Source: Flavimaricola sp.
GTDB lineage: Bacteria; Pseudomonadota; Alphaproteobacteria; Rhodobacterales; Rhodobacteraceae
Assembly (NCBI GenBank): GCA_029255105.1
Contig: JAQWWH010000065.1
Coordinates: 3,670 to 67,669, forward strand
Direction: 5' to 3'
DNA: 64,000 bases
The notes below the pieces were generated by a model. That model had not been told where the DNA came from. It saw only the letters and a list, made by a program, of their open reading frames with translations, and did no database searches. The translations under genes were made by a program, and so were the position numbers. This document shows positions 57,176 to 64,000 of the stretch, one piece after another (the stretch's first letter is position 1; each line of letters begins with the position of its first letter).

Positions 57176-57744
57176 TCCCGTTGGCCCCGGTTTTCATCCT
57201 GGTAAGCGGAGGTCTTTGGACCGCGACCTTTATGGCAGCGAGCAGCAACCAACAGATCGCTTTCGTTTATTTCGGCATCATCGTCCTTTCAGCACTTGTC
57301 CGCTTTAGCGTGGACGAGGCCGAAGCCCTCGACTGGTATCTCTTGCCGATTGCCTTGCTGGGGCCACTTGGCGTTATCGCAGCCACAACGACATACATCA
57401 CTGGAAGGTTTCACAGTATCGAAGGCGAGCAGCTCAAGGAATGGTATGAAGAGCTTCGAGGAGACCCGGATGCCATGCTTCCCCGGAACTTTGCAAACGA
57501 CGTTTCCCTTGGTCGCATAAGCCCGCAAGCTTCCGCCAGCATGCGCTCTGCGGTCGAGATTTTCCGTGAAGGAACATTTCAGGACCGCCAGAAGGTGCTT
57601 TTGTGGATTGCCCGGCGCAAAGACCCCGCACTGAAATCGCTGCTAGAGCATGCGATCCGTTGCGATGACACGATCATTCGTAGCCAGGCGGCGTCTTTAA
57701 TCGTGCACTTCGAGACCACTGCCCGCTCCCGTCCCGCTGAATAG
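57172..57744 (+). CDS. small polytopic membrane protein with a helical C-terminal domain; possible PelE analogue
   Basis: About 190 aa. Its ATG overlaps the upstream TGA (ATGA). 3 TM, then a helical tail KVLLWIARRKDPALKSLLEHAIRCDD. The call is from context only. Confidence 0.4.
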   Translation: MIPLAPVFILVSGGLWTATFMAASSNQQIAFVYFGIIVLSALVRFSVDEAEALDWYLLPIALLGPLGVIAATTTYITGRFHSIEGEQLKEWYEELRGDPDAMLPRNFANDVSLGRISPQASASMRSAVEIFREGTFQDRQKVLLWIARRKDPALKSLLEHAIRCDDTIIRSQAASLIVHFETTARSRPAE

Positions 57745-58855
57745 CCCCACTAAGCGGTCCCTGTCCGGGCTCAAAAAGGGCAGAGCTGAGCCTCGAAGTT
57801 TTGGGCTCTACAATGATCGGGCGTGGATCATCCGCCCCTGACGTATCGACGCCAACTTCCTGACTGTAATAGCGCCAGCTGCTCCGACACATTTCGGCAA
57901 GCCCTTGCTCTGCCTCGAAGCCGAGGATTTGTTTTGCCTGCCTTATGTCGGCATAGGAAACCGCAGCGTCCCCCGCCCGGCGATCGACAATGCGATACGG
58001 CAAATTCCGACCAACCGCGCGGCCGTAGGCCTCCAGCATCTCCAAGACGCTGTATCCCCGCCCGGTGCCGAGGTTCACAAGATGGCTTTGTTTATCGCGC
58101 AGAAGCGCCTTGAGAGACAACGCATGGCCCTTCGCGAGATCAATCACATGGATGTAGTCGCGGATCGCTGTGCCATCCCTTGTTGAATAGTCGCCGCCAA
58201 AAACCTTCAGCTCATCGAGCTGACCAGTCGCCACCCTGGCAAGGACGGGAACAAGGTTGCTTGGGGGTTGGGCGGGCGCCTCACCAATCACGCCCGATGG
58301 ATGCGCACCGACGGGGTTGAAATAACGCAGAACACCTACCCTCATTTCGGGGTGGGCCCGGGCCACGTAACGAATGAAATCCTCAGCCGCACGTTTGGTT
58401 TCCGCATAGGCGTTCAGCGGCGCCAAAGGAGTGGTTTCCGCAATTGGCACATTTGTCGTCGCACCATAGACAGCCGCGCTTGAGGAAAACACGAGGTTCC
58501 GCACCCCGGCACCCCGCATGCCGTCAATCAGGTTCACGAGACCCACGACGTTGCTACGGTAGTAACCGATTGGATTGGTTTCGCTTTCGGGAACACTTTT
58601 GCGCGCGGCGAAATGCACAACGGCGTCGAAATGGGCCGAACCCAATACCGCCTTGATACTATCGTAATCCCGCAGGTCACATCTGATGATGCGTGGCGCC
58701 TCGCCTACCAGCGACGCTAGTCGATCAGGTATATCCTCGCTCGCATTCTCAAAGTTATCGACGATCCAAACATCATAACCCGTTTCCACGAGTTTCACGT
58801 AGGTGTGAGAGCCGATGAACCCGGCTCCGCCGGTCAGTAGAATACGTTCCCGCAT
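57674..58855 (-). CDS. galE: UDP-hexose 4-epimerase (GalE family) with a C-terminal extension of about 55 aa
   Basis: LLTGGAGFIGSH and the catalytic YAETKRAAED. The typical GalE end lies near ...MCRSSWRYYSQ, followed by a low-complexity tail that overlaps the convergent gene by 71 nt. Confidence 0.85.
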   Translation of the reverse strand: MRERILLTGGAGFIGSHTYVKLVETGYDVWIVDNFENASEDIPDRLASLVGEAPRIIRCDLRDYDSIKAVLGSAHFDAVVHFAARKSVPESETNPIGYYRSNVVGLVNLIDGMRGAGVRNLVFSSSAAVYGATTNVPIAETTPLAPLNAYAETKRAAEDFIRYVARAHPEMRVGVLRYFNPVGAHPSGVIGEAPAQPPSNLVPVLARVATGQLDELKVFGGDYSTRDGTAIRDYIHVIDLAKGHALSLKALLRDKQSHLVNLGTGRGYSVLEMLEAYGRAVGRNLPYRIVDRRAGDAAVSYADIRQAKQILGFEAEQGLAEMCRSSWRYYSQEVGVDTSGADDPRPIIVEPKTSRLSSALFEPGQGPLSGAIQRDGSGQWSRSARLKTPPGYE

Positions 58856-60180
58856 AATAAATTGCCCACCTGATAAATGCTCATCGAACCACTAGAGAAA
58901 TGCTTTCGCGAACGAATGATCGTCGATTAATGCGCCAGAAAATCTGAGGCTTACAAATACAGAGAAACCAGAACCTCACGCCTTCCCCAACAAAGTAAAT
59001 CAGGCGCAATAGTGTTGTTGGCTATTTTCTTGATTGGACTGACTGCAACTTTCTCCCCTTTTTTTCGGAGCGATGGCCAAATAACTCAAAGTCACTTCAA
59101 ACTGGGAACTTATGCCACCCCAACCAGAAGCGCCCAAAATGCGCGGACAACGTCACCAAAATCCCAAAACCCATAACGTCAAAAACTTCGCATCTGCGCT
59201 GCAGGCAAGGTGAATTACAATCGCGCCACGACCAACGGCAGATCTTACCAATCATTTGCCGCCCCACCGGACAGCAAATCTGAATAATTCATATTTCTTT
59301 GATCAAACGTCTCACCTCTGACGTGTATTTGCTAGAGACCTAGGTCGAAGGCGCTTTTCGGACTAAAGTAGTAGAAGCAACTTGGCCAAGGATTGCATTC
59401 GCCCGGACAGGTCGGATCAGTTGGGTCCGACCAGGGTGTTGGAAGGTCCGAGAGAACCAAAAATTCATGTCTCATCGTCGCTCAGCTGCTTTGTCACGCG
59501 AGTCGAATTGGAGAATTCATGTTGTGATCCGGGCACAACAGTTGGGAAGCAGTGTCAGCGGAGGCCTGACGACCTTCGAGCCCGCAACCTGACCTTCCCA
59601 CTAAGACGGCATCTCGCCGGTCGCGTCGGTATCGACCCTCAGGCCACAACTGCGACAGGAGCACGCGGCCAATCTACCGATCAGCGCGACAGGCTCGCGC
59701 GGAGGCTCAAAGGCCACAGCTTACCAGAACGACGCATTTCCGCCTGAATTCCGGCGGGCTTCCTGGCGATTCGTGGGGGGTTGGCGTGGGTTTTGGCACC
59801 AATACATTACTTCTTCTTGAATTGATCCGGATACGGCAACCGGGCCGCGATCCATAGCAAACACAAGATCCCAACATTTCGTCCCGGCGCCATTGGGCCG
59901 GGCTAGGCAACAGTGGTCGGCCCCAAAACCCACGGCCTCCCCCAAAACAAGCGATACCAGAAATCTGGCAGGAGGCATCTGCAGCCATTCAGGAAACAAT
60001 GGGCCAAGATTCCTGTGAACGCAATGACGTCGCAATTGCCCCAATTCAGCCTTTATTGTCGCGTCGCAGCCCAATTTGCGTCACTTTCCCCTATGCCCCG
60101 CAACAAGCTGGCGGTAATCAATATCTCGTCCACTTTCGGGCCTTTCAAAACCAAGCATCTGATCTACAAGGAATTACCCA

Positions 60181-60378
60181 ATGCTGCACCTCATCAAAAC
60201 CTTCGTCACAGATGAGGCCGGCGTCGTGACCGCTGACTGGCTTCTTCTTACTGCGGCCATCGTGGTCCTTGGCGCAGTCGTTGTAGCCCCCGTTTCCACC
60301 GGTGCCGAGATCTTGGCATCGAACATTATCGAGATTGAGGCTGAACGTCCTGACGCCGGTGGTTGCGGAAGATTGTGA
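60181..60378 (+). CDS. Flp/Fap-family type IVb pilin-like peptide
   Basis: 65 aa. FVTDEAG-VVTADWLLLTAAIVVLGAVVV matches the Flp layout (F-x-x-DE-x-G / xTAxEY + hydrophobic helix), with D-W in place of E-Y. Confidence 0.5.
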   Translation: MLHLIKTFVTDEAGVVTADWLLLTAAIVVLGAVVVAPVSTGAEILASNIIEIEAERPDAGGCGRL

Positions 60379-60797
60379 TCCCGACAAGTGTGAAGGACAA
60401 CAAAAGCTGCCAGGCTTTGCAAAGGTCGTCGCATCGATAGCGGAACTCCTCACGCTAACGATCGACGCCAAGTGAACATAGGCCCGGAAGCAGCTCAGCG
60501 TCCGCATCCCCGCCGAAAATGTCGTGCTGTCAGAAATCGTTGACCAAAACTGGGGTGCTGCGACGATCGGGATAGTCTTGCCTAGCAAAAAATCTGGGTC
60601 TAAGGTCACCAAGCTTGCGCGCAACCAGTTTGCTTTGTCGGGGCTGAAACATCCGGACTGTGAAATCGCCCTGCCCGCCCCAGGTAACATGGCCTTTACG
60701 GCAGCAGGCCCTTCGCTCGGCCTACTGAAGTACGCCGCAAAGAATATGATTTGCCAATATTCTGCATTGATATAGCATCCTCTTAGGAGGATGAGCG

Positions 60798-61805
60798 ATG
60801 AATATCACGTTCCGATACCTCGAGCTCTTGAACGCGGTCGTCGTTGCAGGTTCAATCAGCAAAGCAACGCGTCTCACTGGACTTTCGCAGCCAACTATCT
60901 CGCAGCAGTTGGCAAAATTCGAAGAAGAGCTGGGAACCCAGCTCATCTACCGCCGGCGCGGCCAGAATGTTGAATTGACGCCAGCTGGCGACCATTAGTT
61001 TCGCGCATCCCTCGATTTGTTGAACCGTCGCAAGCAATACGAAACAGACCATACCCAAAGCTTTCGAAACGATCAGATCCTGCTGCGGTTCGGTGCCACA
61101 CCCTCCCTGCGTGGCAGGTTTACGGAGGCTGCGGCGGCAATCGCTGTTGAGATCGGCCAGTTCACCCGGTTTGAACATGTCTTTGCTCTCAACTCCGAAG
61201 ATATTGTTGAGATGATCGATGCGCATCAGCTGAACTGTGGCGTCGTAAGTGCTGCAAATGTAGAGGATCACAAGGCCACACTTTCGATCCGACATCTTTT
61301 TTATGACAGGATCATCTGGGCGGTCCCTAAATCGGTGCCGCCCGAACAGGTCTTTGACGCGCTCTGCAACCCGGCTCATACGTCAAATACCAACCATGCG
61401 CTTGATCGGCATGTCGAAGTCACCGCAGCTGTGCCATGGGGCAATCGAACCCAAGCCTGGTACCGCAACAACCTTCCCAGCTCGGCCCCATTCTTCCGTT
61501 CGTCAACACACCAGGTTGCAATTGATATTGTGGCGGCGGGGCTTGCGACCTGCCACTGCCCCTCCTCGCTCCTGCCCAATCTGACGAACCAGACCATGAA
61601 CCGTCTGCGATTTTACGATCTCGAACTCATCGGGCGCGACGCGGTTTTGATCATGCCGCGACACCTGACGTCGTTGCGACCGTTCCAGGAATTCCAGTCC
61701 CGGCTTTGTTCCTACGTCGACCAGAGCATTAATTGCCCTGCCTCCACGCTGCACTTCGAAAAATTGCCCGTGCCGACGGAATTGATGCCCGAAATCGCGA
61801 TGTAA
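60798..61805 (+). pseudogene. LysR-family regulator interrupted by one in-frame TAG
   Basis: ORFs 60798..60998 (HTH: AGSISKATRLTGLSQPTISQQLAKFEEELG) and 61017..61805 (effector domain) are in the same frame. The only break is the TAG at 60996-60998: ...TPAGDH*FRASLDLLNRRK... Confidence 0.7.
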
Positions 61806-62377
61806 CGCGTTCATCTGCGCGGCCGTGCTCCCGTCTGTGAGCAAGCGTCACAGCCCGTCACGGGACATGTATGACAGCACAATTGTACGGAACTGCCGGC
61901 AACTGAATGGGTGCCGCTATTGATGGCCCGCGCGAATACCATTTGCTTTTCCAATATACCAAATTGGCTTTAGGAACGGTCCATTGAAAGGTCGACAAGT
62001 GATGCAGATTGCCCGACTGAAAAGCCCGGTTCCAGCCATGCCATGAGAATGGGAAACGCCTTATTCTCGTCTCAACCAACCACCCCCAAGGTATTGAAAT
62101 AGAACAATACAAACCATCGGGTCGGCTGTGCCCGTCGCCTGTTCGTTCAAGGGTTCTCCACTGAATGTCGCTGTGACGACTGTCCCCGACTTGGGCTTTG
62201 ATCTGGTCCAAAGTCCTTTCGGGGCCGACTTCATCGCCGCGCCCGTGGCTTGACCCAATGAAAATTGCACTGCTACGCTTTGGTACGTCTGATCGGAAAT
62301 CGTACCAAAAACGATATGAATTCAGCACGATGAGCGCATGCCTATAGGTCGCTGAACAAGCGAGACTGGGAGGAATT

Positions 62378-62977
62378 ATGGCACAAACAGATGGGGTTTT
62401 GACTCTTGGTGGAGGTAGCGGAGCTTGGATTTTCCGTGTCCTGCTCGTGGCGGCGACGGCGTTCATGGTCTATTCATGGTTTCAGCCGTGGTGGGTCGCG
62501 GACGTTGCGGTAATCGAGGGCACCGATGACCTCGTTTTGCACCCTTGGGGTGTTGAAGTTGTTCGGCAGGTAAGGGTTCAGGCCGATCCGTCGCTTTATG
62601 CCATGCCCTCGTTCTTCACGCCGTTCGTATGGACCTATTTCGGCGTTGCCATGGCGGCTTTGTTCGCCAGTCTGTTCGTAAACATCAAGGTTTCGGTCGG
62701 CCGGATAAAGTTACCGCTTGCGGCGGTACTGATTGCGCTGGTCGGCCTGTCCTATCTGACGACGGTCGGTCTCGCTTACTGGATTGGCAATTTGAGAGCG
62801 GACGGGATCGGCGTCAGTTTCATCGGCGATTCCGAATTCGCCGATCCGATGTCGCATCGCAAGATGAAGATGGAGTCCGACCTGCGCGTCGGCTACTGGT
62901 ACGCGCTTTATGCGGGGGCGGCGTTGTTTGGCTTGTCCCTGATCCGCTTTCTCTTTGTGCGTGGATCGAAGGCTTAG
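62378..62977 (+). CDS. hypothetical 4-TM membrane protein
   Basis: 199 aa. GGGAGG RBS. Hydrophobic segments WIFRVLLVAATAFMVYSWF, FVWTYFGVAMAALFASLFV, LPLAAVLIALVGLSYLTTVGLAYWI and YWYALYAGAALFGLSLI. Confidence 0.55.
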   Translation: MAQTDGVLTLGGGSGAWIFRVLLVAATAFMVYSWFQPWWVADVAVIEGTDDLVLHPWGVEVVRQVRVQADPSLYAMPSFFTPFVWTYFGVAMAALFASLFVNIKVSVGRIKLPLAAVLIALVGLSYLTTVGLAYWIGNLRADGIGVSFIGDSEFADPMSHRKMKMESDLRVGYWYALYAGAALFGLSLIRFLFVRGSKA

Positions 62978-63339
62978 GAACGGCAACCTTCCGGCCTATC
63001 GTTGTCCGCAAGGCGACCAGGCCCGGCCCAACCCACGAAGCGGTGCGTGCGACCTGAGTCTCTTGGACCCTCGCGAAGCAATTCAAGCCTGACACAGGCC
63101 AGACGAAACTGAAGGCGCGGCCCGGGACGATCCCCGCGGCCGCGTTTTTCGTTTGCAGCGCTAAGGGACGCGACGCCTCTTTTGGACCCGTTAAAGCCGC
63201 TCCCATTCAGTGGCTGAGCCAAAGACCGGCCCGTTGCCGCGCCGGAAGCCAATAATGTGTATAGGAAAATCCAACACTCAATGATGCCAACATCCTCCCA
63301 CGTCTAATCTCAACTCAACTTTGTGCGGGGAGGCATCAA

Positions 63340-64000
63340 ATGAGTATGAAACATTGGATTGCCGGGGTGTCTGCGGCTACGGTCGTTGTCTCGGCAAGTG
63401 TCGGCTATGCTGAAGAAGTTACATTGGAGCGCCTGTTGGCAGCCGGGACAGAGGCTGAGGCCGGTAACTGGCTGATGGTCCACAAGACCTTCGATTCAAA
63501 CCGGTATTCGACCTTGAACGACATCAACGCCAGCAACGTTGCCGACCTGCGGCTTATCATGGCAGCGCCACTCGGCGGGACAGAACCCGCCGGTTTCGGC
63601 GTCGGCTCGATGGAAGCAACGCCTCTGGTCAACGATGGCTTTATCTATGTTTCGGACCCCTGGGGCACGCCCTACAAGTTCGATTTGTCCAGCGGCACAG
63701 CTGCGAGACCGGTCTGGATCTGCGACACCGGCATCGACAAGGACCCCAGCCGCGGCATCCTTCTGGCCAGCCGCGGCCTCGCACTGTCGGGGACCAATGT
63801 CATTACAGTGTTGAATGACGGACGTGTTGTGGCCTGCGACGATGAAACCGGCGATGTGGTCTGGGATGTGCAGGCCGCCACGGAGCCAGGCGAAGGCTTT
63901 ACCAACTCAGCTCAGGTTATTGGCGACAAGATCATCATTGGTCAGTCCTATGGTGACTGGGCGACCCGTGGTTGGATCGCGGCACTCGACGCCGAAAACG
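63340..64000 (+). CDS. PQQ-dependent dehydrogenase, methanol/ethanol family, N-terminal part (runs off the right edge)
   Basis: My translation gives MSMKHWIAGVSAATVVVSASVGYA (signal peptide) then EEVTLERLLAAGTEAEAGNWLMVHKTFDSNRYSTLNDINASNVADL...TPLVNDGFIYV...DETGDVVWD. This is the classic quinoprotein N-terminus. GGGGAGG RBS. It is absent from the track because it has no stop in the window. Confidence 0.8.
   Translation, partial: MSMKHWIAGVSAATVVVSASVGYAEEVTLERLLAAGTEAEAGNWLMVHKTFDSNRYSTLNDINASNVADLRLIMAAPLGGTEPAGFGVGSMEATPLVNDGFIYVSDPWGTPYKFDLSSGTAARPVWICDTGIDKDPSRGILLASRGLALSGTNVITVLNDGRVVACDDETGDVVWDVQAATEPGEGFTNSAQVIGDKIIIGQSYGDWATRGWIAALDAEN

Noticed and set aside
60145-60690. 181-aa minus-strand ORF
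   Set aside because: It overlaps the Flp-like ORF on the opposite strand. It has no RBS or motifs and is Ser/Cys-rich.
61858-62466. 202-aa minus-strand ORF between the LysR pseudogene and the membrane protein
   Set aside because: It overlaps the well-supported start (strong RBS) of the + strand membrane-protein gene and has odd composition. It may be remnant DNA, but I cannot support a call.

Overview
This is high-GC chromosomal DNA. By gene content it looks alphaproteobacterial and Rhodobacterales-like (aapJQMP, RTX super-repeat exoproteins, an Flp pilin with a TADW motif); that placement is inference only. I support about 50 protein-coding genes. I found no rRNA, tRNA, CRISPR array, transposase or integrase. 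From left to right the window holds: a truncated animal-type heme peroxidase; a NarL-type two-component pair; a PfkB kinase plus GatZ/KbaZ sugar module behind a striking double palindrome; RidA, a leaderless family-5 SBP homologue, D-hydantoinase and a class-V aminotransferase; aapJQMP; a REC plus degenerate-GGDEF regulator; a TetR-HlyD-ABC2 efflux operon; an ACP + KS/CLF-like + type III PKS + methyltransferase + flavoprotein cluster (phenolic-lipid type); a LysR/DUF4386/MDR unit; a TylF methyltransferase; a 1229-aa sulfatase-RTX fusion; a large LuxR (LAL) regulator; and a Dpp-like ABC importer fused in operon to a HyuA-like protein and two tandem DUF917 paralogues. A lower-GC accessory stretch then begins at about 46.6 kb. 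It carries an orphan GT1, a non-canonical Pel-like exopolysaccharide locus (pelF, pelG, a separate GH114 hydrolase, a separate CE4 deacetylase, a mini-TPR protein, short PelD/PelE-like membrane proteins and galE, with no pelB or pelC), an orphan Flp-like pilin behind a 1.3-kb non-coding stretch, an amber-interrupted LysR gene, and the start of a PQQ dehydrogenase. The best candidates for undescribed biology are the Pel-like locus, the PKS cluster and the HyuA/DUF917 module. All family calls rest on motifs read by eye, not on database searches.
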